Below, one piece after another: positions 8,045 through 16,572 of a stretch of DNA of 64,000 bases (position 1 is the stretch's first letter; every line of letters begins with the position of its first letter). This stretch comes from an uncultured Chloroflexia bacterium (GTDB lineage Bacteria > Chloroflexota > Anaerolineae > Anaerolineales > Villigracilaceae): the NCBI GenBank assembly GCA_963829485.1, contig CAWHIK010000007.1, positions 135,753 to 199,752 on the forward strand. The letters are read 5' to 3'. Under the pieces are notes generated by a model. The model saw only the letters and a list, made by a program, of their open reading frames with translations. It made no database searches and was not told the origin of the DNA. A program made the position numbers and the translations under genes.

Positions 8045-10471
8045 ATGGTTAAACGACCCTTTGACCTTATCCCCATCTCCCCGTACAATGGACGTATGCG
8101 TGAATGGCACCTCGGTCCCGGCGATCCCCTCGCCCTCGTCCTGGCGGCGGATTTCCGGCTTACCCAGCCGGATTATCTCAACGACCAGATCTGGGAGCTC
8201 GATACCCTCAGCGGGGAGCCGCCGGCGCTCGCCCTGCGCACCACCTACGGACTGCGCGCCCGGTCCATGCGCCTGTTTCCCAGCTTCACCGAGGACGGCA
8301 AAACCGTCATCGACCCGGCCCAATTCGCAGCACCGATCCTCGTCCACCACCTGTATCCCAACTTCCTGTCGCTGACTTTTTCCCCCTTCAAAGGTGTGGA
8401 CGTCAACGCCGAATACTGGATCACCACCTCGCAGGTGGCAGCCGGACGGCTGACCATCACCAACCGCGACATCCGTCCGCACCCGGTCAAACTCGAATGG
8501 ATCGGGCAGCTCATCCCCATCAACGGGCAGCCGCTCTCGCCGGTGCAGATGCAGTCGGTGACCGTGCTGGCCGGCAAAACGGAAAATCTGGCTCCCGTGG
8601 TCTTCATCACCGGCGGGCCGCAGCCCGGGCCGGGACCGTACCCCTCGCTGCTGCTGGGCGTCGATTTGACTCCCGGCTCCACCCGCACCCTCACCTGGGT
8701 GCATGCCGCGCTGAGCGACCACCAGGCTTCCTTCGAAGCCGCCCGCCGCACCGCCGCACGCCCGTGGGACGCAGAACGAGGCCGCATCGAGGTCGTCAAC
8801 CGCAACCAGACGGTGGATATCACCACCGGCGACCCCGACTGGGACGCGGCTTTTACCCTCAGCCAGAAGACTGCTTTCGGACTCCTCTTCCCCGGCGGGC
8901 AGAATCTGCCCAGCCCATCCTTCGTCCTCGCCCGCAACCCCGACCAGGGATTCTCGCGCCGAGGCGACGGGTTCGACTACACCTTTTTGTGGAACGGGCA
9001 GGCGCCGCTCGAGTCCTACTACCTCGGCACGCTGCTGCCCGGAGCGCCGCACTTGCTCAAGGGATTCGTACAGAACTTCCTGGCAGCGCAGGACGTCACC
9101 GGCGAGGTCGACTGCAAGCCCGGCATCGGCGGACAACTCGGAAAATTCCAGGCCGCGCCCCTGCTGGCCTCGCTGGCATGGAAGGCGTATCTGGCCACAC
9201 GCGACCGCGCCTTCCTGGCGGATGCCTACCCCAGGCTGCTGGCTTTCTTCCGCGCCTGGCTCTCGCCCGCGCACGACCGCGACGCGGACAGCCTGCCCGA
9301 GTGGACCAATACCCTCCAGACCGGCTTCGAAGACAACCCGCTTTTCGATGCGTGGCATCCCTGGGCGCAGGGCGCGGAGATCAGCGTCGTCCAAAGCCCG
9401 ACCCTCGCCTCCATGCTCTACCGCGAAGCGCGGACACTGGTGCGCATCGCCGAGGAATTGGGTATCGACGACGACCGGCTTTATCTCAAGACACGGGCTG
9501 GCATCATGCGCGCCGGCATCGAAGCCTGCTGGGACGCCGACCTCAGCTACTACCGCTACCGCGACCGTGACACCAAACTCAGCAGCGCGGGCAGGGTGGT
9601 CAGCCAGCGAAAAGCCATTCCGCACTACACACTGAAAAAAGAACTCGATGAACCTGCCCGCCTGCTCATCCGCATCCAATCGGGGTCCGGCGGCAGCCCG
9701 CGCCCGGAGATGACCCTCCGCGGCAGCCTCAACGGGCAGGAGCAGGAGGAGACGATTCCGCACGCGGCCTTCCAGTGGATGACAGGCGGATCGGTGGCCA
9801 CGACACAGAAGGTGTACGACTCACTCGGGGTATTCGACGTGACCGGGCTGGAGCGGCGCGACACGATCACCATCCAGACGCTCGACCTGACCGGCGAGGA
9901 CCACACCCTCTTCCTGCCGCTGTGGGCGCGGATCCCCAACCAGGATGAAGCAACTCAGTTCGTGCAGAACAGGCTGCTCTCCGCGGAGCATTTCCTCCAC
10001 CCGTTTGGCGCACCCGCCCTGCCGCTCATCCCCGACCCGAACGCGGACCCCATCTGCCTGAGCGTGCACATCCCCTGGAACCAGTTGATCGGCGAAGGGC
10101 TTCTCGCGTACGGATTCCGCAGCGAGGCTGCCGCTTTGGTGACGCGTCTGATGAGCGCCGTGACCCAAAATCTCAAAAGCAGCGGAGCGTTCTTCACGCG
10201 CTATCACGCGGCGAGCGGCATGGGCATGGGCGAGCGGAATGCGCTCGCCGGACTCGCGCCGGTGGGGTTGTTCCTGCAAACGCTCGGGCTGCAAATAATT
10301 TCACCGGAGCGAATCCGGTTGAGTGGAGAAAATCCATTTCCGTGGCCTGTTACGGTAAAATATAGGGGCTTGGTGGTGACACGTTCCGCCGGGCGAACGG
10401 AAGTGACCTTCCCCTCCGGGCAGTCGGTCACCATGACCGACCCCACCCACGCGGAAGTCCTCGCGAAGTAA
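8045..10471 (+). CDS. Large (alpha/alpha)6-barrel glycoside-hydrolase-like protein (GH63/GH15/debranching-enzyme-like)
   Basis: 808-aa ORF. Central and C-terminal segments (LPEWTNTLQTGFEDNPLFDAWHPWAQG, HIPWNQLIGEGLLAYG) resemble six-hairpin glycosidases. The exact family is not resolved. Confidence 0.55.
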   Translation: MVKRPFDLIPISPYNGRMREWHLGPGDPLALVLAADFRLTQPDYLNDQIWELDTLSGEPPALALRTTYGLRARSMRLFPSFTEDGKTVIDPAQFAAPILVHHLYPNFLSLTFSPFKGVDVNAEYWITTSQVAAGRLTITNRDIRPHPVKLEWIGQLIPINGQPLSPVQMQSVTVLAGKTENLAPVVFITGGPQPGPGPYPSLLLGVDLTPGSTRTLTWVHAALSDHQASFEAARRTAARPWDAERGRIEVVNRNQTVDITTGDPDWDAAFTLSQKTAFGLLFPGGQNLPSPSFVLARNPDQGFSRRGDGFDYTFLWNGQAPLESYYLGTLLPGAPHLLKGFVQNFLAAQDVTGEVDCKPGIGGQLGKFQAAPLLASLAWKAYLATRDRAFLADAYPRLLAFFRAWLSPAHDRDADSLPEWTNTLQTGFEDNPLFDAWHPWAQGAEISVVQSPTLASMLYREARTLVRIAEELGIDDDRLYLKTRAGIMRAGIEACWDADLSYYRYRDRDTKLSSAGRVVSQRKAIPHYTLKKELDEPARLLIRIQSGSGGSPRPEMTLRGSLNGQEQEETIPHAAFQWMTGGSVATTQKVYDSLGVFDVTGLERRDTITIQTLDLTGEDHTLFLPLWARIPNQDEATQFVQNRLLSAEHFLHPFGAPALPLIPDPNADPICLSVHIPWNQLIGEGLLAYGFRSEAAALVTRLMSAVTQNLKSSGAFFTRYHAASGMGMGERNALAGLAPVGLFLQTLGLQIISPERIRLSGENPFPWPVTVKYRGLVVTRSAGRTEVTFPSGQSVTMTDPTHAEVLAK

Positions 10472-10481
10472 GGAGATGCTG

Positions 10482-10820
10482 ATGACCTCGATCCCCATTC
10501 GCAGTTTGATGACGGCCATCGTCCAGGACCAGGATTCGGACCTCGCCGTCCGCGCCCTGACCCAGCTTGGTGTGCCGGTCATTCATCTAGCCAGCTCCGG
10601 CGGCTTTTTAGGGCGGCGTAATTCCACCCTGATGATCGGGCTGCCCGAGCAGGCGGAGGAAAAAGTGACGCAAGCGTTGCAGACCGCCTGCCGCCAGCGC
10701 GTGGAGTACCTCGCCATCCCGCTGGAAGGCTCGCCGCTGCCCATGCCATCCCCCGTACCCGTCACCGTGGGCGGCGCGACCGTGTTCACCCTCCCCGTTG
10801 ATCGCTTCGAAGAATTCTAG
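10482..10820 (+). CDS. darA: PII-like cyclic-di-AMP receptor (DarA/PstA family)
   Basis: Aligns by eye along its length to B. subtilis DarA/YaaQ (IVQDQDS...TGGFL...GGATVF.LPVD.F). AGGAG RBS overlaps the upstream stop. Confidence 0.8.
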   Translation: MTSIPIRSLMTAIVQDQDSDLAVRALTQLGVPVIHLASSGGFLGRRNSTLMIGLPEQAEEKVTQALQTACRQRVEYLAIPLEGSPLPMPSPVPVTVGGATVFTLPVDRFEEF

Positions 10821-10830
10821 GAGTGCTGCC

Positions 10831-11091
10831 ATGAAAATGATCATTGCCGTTCTGAAAGATACCGACAGCGATGCGGTCACCCAGGGGCTGACCTCCGCGG
10901 AGTTCCGCGTGACGCGCGTCGCTTCGACCGGGGGATTCTTCAAGAAGGGTACCGTCACCCTGCTCGTCGGTGTGGACGATGACAAGGTGGACGCCGCCAT
11001 CCAGGTCATGAAAGACAAGACGACCGTCGTCTCCGGCGAGAAACGCTGCACGGTGTTCGTCGTGCCGGTGGACCGCTTCGAGCAGATTTAG
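10831..11091 (+). CDS. Second, shorter PII-like c-di-AMP receptor paralog
   Basis: MKMIIAVLKDTDSD...STGGFFKKG...VFVVPVDRFEQI has the same fold signature but lacks the roughly 20-aa loop of the first copy. AGGAG RBS. Confidence 0.75.
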   Translation: MKMIIAVLKDTDSDAVTQGLTSAEFRVTRVASTGGFFKKGTVTLLVGVDDDKVDAAIQVMKDKTTVVSGEKRCTVFVVPVDRFEQI

Positions 11092-11099
11092 GAGTACTC

Positions 11100-12308
11100 A
11101 TGCGCAAGCAAGTGTTTCTGGCGGGACTGCTGATCTCCGCTGCGATGCTGGCCTGCAGCCTGCCGTCGGGCAGTTCCACGCCCGAACCGACAATTCTGAA
11201 TCCAGAATCAGACCTGCCCAGCGACACACCCTCCGCCCCGCCGGACGAATCACCGACCGAGACACCGCCTGAGGCGCCTTCCGTTCTGCCGGCTGCGCTG
11301 TATTATCTGAACAACGACACCGGCGGGCGTCTGCAGATCTTCCGCCTCGATCCTGACGGCGTCACAGTACGCCAGCTGACCTCGGAGCCGGTTGAAATCC
11401 GCATGTACGATGTCTCGCCTCTTGACGGACGCCTGGCGTACATCGTCAACAACCAGCTGATCCTGATGAACGCGGACGGCTCCGGCCGTACCGTGCTGGT
11501 GGACGGCGGCCTGCTCGAGTCGGATATCAGCTACATTACGAATTCGCTCAGCCATCCGCGCTTCAGCCCGGACGGCCGCACGCTGGCCTACGGTATGAAC
11601 GGTGTGAATTTGTACGACCTCGCCAGCGGCACCTCGGTCAACCCGCTCACCAACATCCCGCGCGCAGGCGAGGGCTTCACCATCATCGAGGAGGGCTATT
11701 CCCCGGAGGAATTCTCACCGGATGGATCGAAGCTGCTGGTCAATGTCTTTTACTATGAAGCCGGCACTCTAGGGATTTATGATTTGGCCTCGGGCGCTTA
11801 CAACAAAGTCTCACGTCCTGAAGGCGGGCTGTTGTGCTGCAACTCCCAATGGACCTCGGACAGCAGTGCAGTGTACGTCGCCAGCTCGGTCATCGGCATG
11901 GTCGACCCGGGGATGTGGCGCTTCAATGCCGAGGACGGCTCCGGAACCACCCTGCTCCCGCCGACAAACGCGGACGGGTCCTTCAATTTTGCCGATTACC
12001 CTCTGCTGCCTCCCGACGGGCTGCTTCGCTTCTTCTTCGCCAACCTGCCCATCATTCCCGACGGCCACACGCCGTTGATGCTGGTCCAGTCCGCGCCGGA
12101 CGGCGTTACGGGCAGGACGATTATTTACCCCGAAACATTCACTAAAATGAACGAAGCTCTCTGGTCCTGGAACGGGATGCAAATCGTCGTGGTCGAAGCG
12201 ACCAATCCGGACATGTGGTACGGCGGTGCTGCGACGTTGTATCCACTTGACGGAGGCGCACCGGTCCCGCTCGTGCCCTTCGCGCAAGGCCTGCGCTGGG
12301 GACCGTAG
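11100..12308 (+). CDS. Lipoprotein with TolB-like/PD40 beta-propeller repeats
   Basis: Lipobox LACS, a Pro/Thr/Ser linker, and repeated FSPDG motifs. AGGAG RBS. Confidence 0.7.
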   Translation: MRKQVFLAGLLISAAMLACSLPSGSSTPEPTILNPESDLPSDTPSAPPDESPTETPPEAPSVLPAALYYLNNDTGGRLQIFRLDPDGVTVRQLTSEPVEIRMYDVSPLDGRLAYIVNNQLILMNADGSGRTVLVDGGLLESDISYITNSLSHPRFSPDGRTLAYGMNGVNLYDLASGTSVNPLTNIPRAGEGFTIIEEGYSPEEFSPDGSKLLVNVFYYEAGTLGIYDLASGAYNKVSRPEGGLLCCNSQWTSDSSAVYVASSVIGMVDPGMWRFNAEDGSGTTLLPPTNADGSFNFADYPLLPPDGLLRFFFANLPIIPDGHTPLMLVQSAPDGVTGRTIIYPETFTKMNEALWSWNGMQIVVVEATNPDMWYGGAATLYPLDGGAPVPLVPFAQGLRWGP

Positions 12309-12398
12309 CGACCGTCCTCACCAGTACTTCCCAGATGCAACTGTGCACCTGGCGCAAGTGTAAAGAGATACATCTCTATTACCGTGAATTCCAGGTAT

Positions 12399-12980
12399 TT
12401 ATTTCGATTTGGGAGGCGGTGCCACTCTCCAGTAATCTCCCCCGCCGCCCTCGCGCTGCATCAGCCCGCTGCCGACCAGTTCCCGCCGCAGGGACGCAGT
12501 GTCATCATGGAAGCGACCAAGGATTTCGTTGACTTCCTTCTCGCTGTAGCGTCTCCCCGGTTCGAACGACTTGACCACATAGCGCAGGATCGCGTCCAGC
12601 TTTTTGCGCTGCGCCGGCAGGGTCTTCAGCCGGCCGTTCGGACGTGAGTAATCCTTGACCACCTTGCGGTCGTAGGCATCCAGATCCACATCAGCGACAG
12701 AGTCAGACAGATCGAGCTGCGAGAAGAGCAGGCGCGTCTTCTTGAGCGCGGATTCGTCGAGGTAGTACATGCTGTAGTAGCCCTCCGCCTTGGCGCCGAC
12801 CAGCCCCACCTCCGACAGCTTCGAAAGGTGATGGGAAACGGTCGGAGGCTTGAGGTCGAGCAGGGCGGCCAGTTGCTCCACGCTGTAGGGCTGACGCGCG
12901 AGCAGTCCGATGATCTTCAACCGGTTGGCATCCGCCAGGGCTTTAAAGATTTCAAGGAGTTCGGCGTTGGGCTCAGTCAC
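12399..12980 (-). CDS. ArsR-family winged-HTH regulator fused to a DUF2087 domain (paralog 2)
   Basis: LEIFKALADANRLKIIGLL...SVEQLAALL HTH plus a C-terminal YSEKEVNEIL...LRRELV motif. GTG 12980 with a GGGAGG RBS, overlapping the upstream stop as GTGACTGA. Confidence 0.75.
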   Translation of the reverse strand: MTEPNAELLEIFKALADANRLKIIGLLARQPYSVEQLAALLDLKPPTVSHHLSKLSEVGLVGAKAEGYYSMYYLDESALKKTRLLFSQLDLSDSVADVDLDAYDRKVVKDYSRPNGRLKTLPAQRKKLDAILRYVVKSFEPGRRYSEKEVNEILGRFHDDTASLRRELVGSGLMQREGGGGDYWRVAPPPKSK

Positions 12981-13530
12981 GGGGCGCCTCCCGCCAGTAT
13001 TTCGAGCCGTCGCGCTCGCGCTTGAGCATGCCCGCGTCCACCAGGTCGCGCCGCAGTCCCGACACATCTGCGTTGAAACGCTTGAGGATCATATTGACTT
13101 CCTTCTCGGTGTAGACGACCTCGGGCGTGAAGGCGTTGATCAGGTAATCCAGGATCACACGCAGCTTGGCCGGCTGCTGGGGAATCTGCTTGATGGACCC
13201 GTCCGGGTTGAGGCAGGTCTTGAGCACCTTCCGTTTTTCAGCGTCAAGGTCCGGCGCGGGAGTATAGGACTCGCGCGGCTTGCCGGCGAACTGGCGGCGG
13301 GAGAGCGCCTCCAGACCCTCGGGGTCCAGTTCGTAGACGTCGTCCTTTTCTCGGACGATGCCGATATATGCCATGAACGCGAGATGGTTGTAGGCGTCCT
13401 TGAAGGGAATGCCCAGCTCGGTAGAGACTTCCTTGACGGAGGCCGGGTGCTGGGTGAGCATACCGATGATGCGCAGCCGATCGGCGTCGCTCATCGCTTT
13501 GACAAAGTCGAGCATTTCGTTCTGTTCCAT
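12973..13530 (-). CDS. ArsR-family winged-HTH regulator fused to a DUF2087 domain (paralog 1)
   Basis: 185 aa with the same architecture as the neighbour. GGAG RBS. Confidence 0.8.
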   Translation of the reverse strand: MEQNEMLDFVKAMSDADRLRIIGMLTQHPASVKEVSTELGIPFKDAYNHLAFMAYIGIVREKDDVYELDPEGLEALSRRQFAGKPRESYTPAPDLDAEKRKVLKTCLNPDGSIKQIPQQPAKLRVILDYLINAFTPEVVYTEKEVNMILKRFNADVSGLRRDLVDAGMLKRERDGSKYWREAPRD

Positions 13531-13541
13531 ATCATTTCTCC

Positions 13542-13577
13542 ATCTAATTAATTAGATAAGTATCGAATTGAATTATA
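13542..13577 (-). promoter_or_regulatory. -10 box TATAAT (13572-13577) plus a perfect 16-bp palindrome ATCTAATTAATTAGAT (13542-13557); candidate autoregulatory operator of the ArsR-like pair
   Basis: The palindrome sits between the -10 box and the RBS of gene 12973..13530. TGTATAAT is an extended -10. Confidence 0.45.
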
Positions 13578-13654
13578 CAACAATCTATAACCATGTCAAG
13601 GGCTTTTCCGGATGGACTTATAATTTTGGTTGAGGGAGACCTTACGGTCAAAAA

Positions 13655-13703
13655 CTGGGCGGGGTCACCCCCAAAAGGGTGCTTCGCAAAGACCCACGCC
13701 CAG
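13655..13703. other. Irregular nested hairpin (about 16 bp in three stacked stems) of unknown role
   Basis: CTGGGCG/CGCCCAG encloses GGGTC/GACCC, which encloses CACCC/GGGTG. It lies in an AT-rich intergenic island. Confidence 0.3.
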
Positions 13704-13719
13704 CGAGGGAAATTAGTGA

Positions 13720-13748
13720 TTGATTTCACGAAGTGGGATTGCTATACT
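13720..13748 (+). promoter_or_regulatory. sigma70-type promoter TTGATT-17 nt-TATACT
   Basis: Hexamers at 13720-13725 and 13743-13748. The next convincing plus-strand gene starts at 13988, implying a long leader. Confidence 0.4.
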
Positions 13749-13807
13749 GACAATATCTATTGGGGAGGTATCGCTTTATTATTAGTGACCGGACGGAATC
13801 TGAGCAG

Positions 13808-13897
13808 ATGTTCGACCTTTACACCAAGGTGGTCATCCGACTGGCTCTGACTTTTTTACTCTTCGGCTTGGTGATCCTGTATTTTGTTCTTCAATAA
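13808..13897 (+). CDS. Possible 29-aa hydrophobic small ORF (MFDLYTKVVIRLALTFLLFGLVILYFVLQ)
   Basis: ATG..TAA within the long leader and a single predicted TM helix. The RBS is weak, so support is low. Confidence 0.2.
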   Translation: MFDLYTKVVIRLALTFLLFGLVILYFVLQ

Positions 13898-13987
13898 AAC
13901 ATTCCTGGGTTTGCAGATTGCCCTTATCCTGATACTAATAAAGCGCGAGAACCATAACCGCGGAACACGCCCTGCAAAGGAGACATC

Positions 13988-14613
13988 ATGGACCTTGGAC
14001 CGATTTTATCTGAAACGCCCTTCATTACTCCGGCGGTAGATGTCGTCGGCAAGGGATTTTGGCCTCGCGCCTTCGCCTACTTCCTCGACTTCATCGTCGT
14101 AAACCTTACATCTCTTGCTTCTGGCTTAGTGGGTATTGCTGCTTTCTGGTTCTTCCTATCCATTATCACTACTATTTTCAACTACAGGACAGTGGATGCA
14201 GAACCTGCAAGACTATACAACTATGCCATTGGATTTCTTGTATCATTATCGTACTTCATATCGTTCGAAGCTCTCTGTGGGACTACTCCAGGTAAGCTCA
14301 TCCTTAGAATGAGAGTCGCCACCCTCACCGGTGACCGCCCATCCCTCAAAGCTGCTGCCATTCGCGCGCTCTGGCGGCTCATCGATAGCTTTATCTTCGG
14401 ATGGTAGCCGCCTCCTCCATGACGCCTCCCTTGCAACAACGGTATGGGGACAAGCGTGCCATGACAATCGTGGTAGCCTCCAATTCTTTGATCCTTCGCT
14501 ATAAACTGTCAGCTCTCCGTTTCATCCTGGCAGCGCTCATCTATCTGTTGGCTTCTTCTGTCATTCAAGCTCTTGCGTTACTTCCCTACACCACTTTTCG
14601 AGCCTTGCCGTGA
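13988..14613 (+). pseudogene. RDD-family membrane protein; frame broken at about 14398-14403 as assembled
   Basis: ORF 13988..14407 carries the N-terminal RDD helices. The conserved tail (QQRYGDKRAMTIVV) continues in ORF 14401..14613. AAGGAG RBS. Confidence 0.65.
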
Positions 14614-14991
14614 AGGACACTTACCCTTCAATGTAGGATGCTATCTGATGTGGATGAGGTTGAACGAACCAGGGGTGTCGGAGGAGGTCGCCAGGGAAGT
14701 CAATCCTGGCGGATCCAAGGTACTTTCCCGTTTGATCGAGGAATTATCCGCTCGCCCATGGGCAGGCGCACAGAACTAAACTGGTGTCTCTTTGATGATT
14801 TTGGCCGGTTATTTTTAATAGCATTTTGGATGGACACATTTCTGGGAGAGACTTTTGACGTAGCTTTGGATAATTTACTCGCTGGAGAAAAGGGAAAATC
14901 CATAGACCGGAATGGTCATTGGTGAATGATAGCAGCCTGACTATCGACAAGCAAAGAGCTATAAGCTGACCACAGCTCCAAGGAGGCAATC

Positions 14992-15198
14992 ATGAAGTTT
15001 TTGGGAGTGATACTATTTGGTTGGGGCATAATCGTGATGGTACTCTCGATGATAACCATTGTTTTCACCGTCTTGACACCAGGAGGCAACCAGGAATGGT
15101 TAGGAAATTTAATTCCTCTCCTGCTCGGTTTGGGGGCGCAATATCTTGGACAGCGATTGTTCAAGCGTTCTGGTAAATCGACGAGCAAACCAAAGTAA
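14992..15198 (+). CDS. Small membrane protein (68 aa, two TM helices, basic tail)
   Basis: AAGGAGG RBS 6 nt upstream of the ATG. Hydrophobic segments. Confidence 0.5.
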   Translation: MKFLGVILFGWGIIVMVLSMITIVFTVLTPGGNQEWLGNLIPLLLGLGAQYLGQRLFKRSGKSTSKPK

Positions 15199-15270
15199 TG
15201 TCAAGGTTTTTCGTCCGCAATCTATTCGCATCGTTTCGGCATAGATTTTTAGCCGGGAATTCTCCGCTCA

Positions 15271-15301
15271 GCTAAGGTCTCTGACCTAGCCAAGTTTTTT
15301 T
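15271..15301 (+). terminator. Intrinsic terminator candidate
   Basis: GCTAAGGTC-TCT-GACCTAGC (one bulge), followed after 4 nt by a T7 run. Confidence 0.45.
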
Positions 15302-15486
15302 CCGCAGGTCCACCAACATTCAATCAGCCGATTAATTCCTTACGAAGACCTTTCGGTCAATACCTGGGCGAGGTCGGGAGAGTCGCGCCAAGCGAGTTTT
15401 TTTATAGTGGATTTGGGAAAGGCAGGGAAAGGGTCAGGTATAATGTTCACAGCGATATCATCTGTCAATTTCACGCGGAGGTGTTC

Positions 15487-16410
15487 ATGGATCTCCCAAA
15501 GCATGCCTATTTTATGGGTAAGATCGTCCCGTTCGAGGACGCAAAGGTCAGCGTAGCAACCCACGCCTTCAATTACGGGACGGCGGTCTTCGGGGGCTTG
15601 CGCGGCTACTGGAACGACGAGCAAAAGAAAATGTACGTCTTCCGCCCTCAGGACCACTTCCGCCGGCTGCTGAACTCCGCCAAGATGATGTGCATGGAAG
15701 TCCCGCACACGCCCGAGAGCCTGACGGAGATCACGCTCGAGCTTCTCAAGGCAGAAGGCTGGCAGCGCGACATTTACATCCGCCCGCTGATCTACAAATC
15801 CGAGCTCGGCATCGGCGTGCGCCTGCACAACCTGACGGACGACATCACCATCTTTTCTCTTCCGTCGTTCCAATACATCAAGAATGACACATCCGCGCAC
15901 GTCACCGTCTCTTCGTGGCGGCGGGTGGACGATAACGTCATCCCCGCCCGGGGCAAGGTCAGCGGCGCGTACGCCAACTCCGCGCTGATCAAGACCGAAG
16001 CCTCCCGCGCCGGCTTCGACGAGGCGCTGGTGCTCAACCAGGACGGCCACGTCTCGGAGGGCAGCGCCATGAACGTGTTCATGGTCCGCGACGAAGTCGT
16101 GATCACTCCGCCGGTAACCGACAACATCCTCGAGGGCATCACCCGCCGCTCGATCATCGAACTGGTGCAAAAGGAATTGGGATTGACCGTGGTCGAACGC
16201 TCGATCGACCGCACCGAGCTGTATATCGCCGACGAGCTGTTCATGACCGGGACCGCGGCGCAGGTCGTTGCCGTCACCCGTGTGGACTTCCGCTCGGTGG
16301 GCACCGGCGCGATGGGGCAGGTCACCGCTGAATTGCGCACACGGTATGAAGATATCCTGCGTGGGCGGAATCCCAAGTACGCCCAGTGGATCGTGGCTGT
16401 ACCGCAGTAA
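15487..16410 (+). CDS. ilvE: Branched-chain amino acid aminotransferase
   Basis: Class IV aminotransferase hallmarks along its length (FRPQDHFRRL, SGAYANSAL, EGSAMNVF, EGITR, FMTGTAA). GGAGG RBS 5 nt before ATG 15487. Confidence 0.9.
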   Translation: MDLPKHAYFMGKIVPFEDAKVSVATHAFNYGTAVFGGLRGYWNDEQKKMYVFRPQDHFRRLLNSAKMMCMEVPHTPESLTEITLELLKAEGWQRDIYIRPLIYKSELGIGVRLHNLTDDITIFSLPSFQYIKNDTSAHVTVSSWRRVDDNVIPARGKVSGAYANSALIKTEASRAGFDEALVLNQDGHVSEGSAMNVFMVRDEVVITPPVTDNILEGITRRSIIELVQKELGLTVVERSIDRTELYIADELFMTGTAAQVVAVTRVDFRSVGTGAMGQVTAELRTRYEDILRGRNPKYAQWIVAVPQ

Positions 16411-16434
16411 CTGGCGGCAATCTTACAACATAAC

Positions 16435-16466
16435 AAAAAGCCGACGCTCTCAAGCGTCGGCTTTTT
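16435..16466. terminator. Bidirectional rho-independent terminator
   Basis: AAAAAGCCGACGCT-CTCA-AGCGTCGGCTTTTT, a perfect 14-bp stem flanked by an A run and a T run. Confidence 0.8.
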
Positions 16467-16480
16467 GTTATCATACTTAT

Positions 16481-16568
16481 GTCATCGCGAGGAGCATCGC
16501 AGGTGAGACGTGGCGATCTCCTTTTTTGCAGATTGCCGCACTCGCACGGAACGCTCGCTCGCAATGAC
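16481..16568. repeat. Palindromic intergenic repeat of the GTCATYGCGAG...GGCRATCT type (inverted dimer)
   Basis: Left arm GTCATCGCGAGGAGC...GGCGATCTCC and right arm GCAGATTGCC...GCTCGCTCGCAATGAC fold into about a 90-nt hairpin. A related copy lies at 24304-24426. Confidence 0.6.
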
Positions 16569-16572
16569 CATG

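Noticed and set aside
8030-9763. 577-aa ORF antisense to the glycosidase-like gene, plus several other long ORFs in this span
   Set aside because: This is a shadow ORF typical of high-GC coding DNA. It is Arg/Gly/Ala-rich and low in complexity, has no RBS, and is fully overlapped by a sense-strand gene with recognisable motifs.
12981-13067. N-terminal extension of the second ArsR-like ORF that overlaps the first gene by 95 nt
   Set aside because: The extension is Arg/Cys/Trp-rich and non-homologous. A GTG at 12980 with a GGGAGG RBS gives the expected HTH N-terminus and a typical 8-nt coupling overlap.
14614-14990. ORFs 14573-14779, 14638-14925 and 14744-14989 as possible genes
   Set aside because: They mutually overlap, lack an RBS, and show no recognisable motifs or hydrophobic pattern. 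I left the region as unannotated AT-rich sequence.
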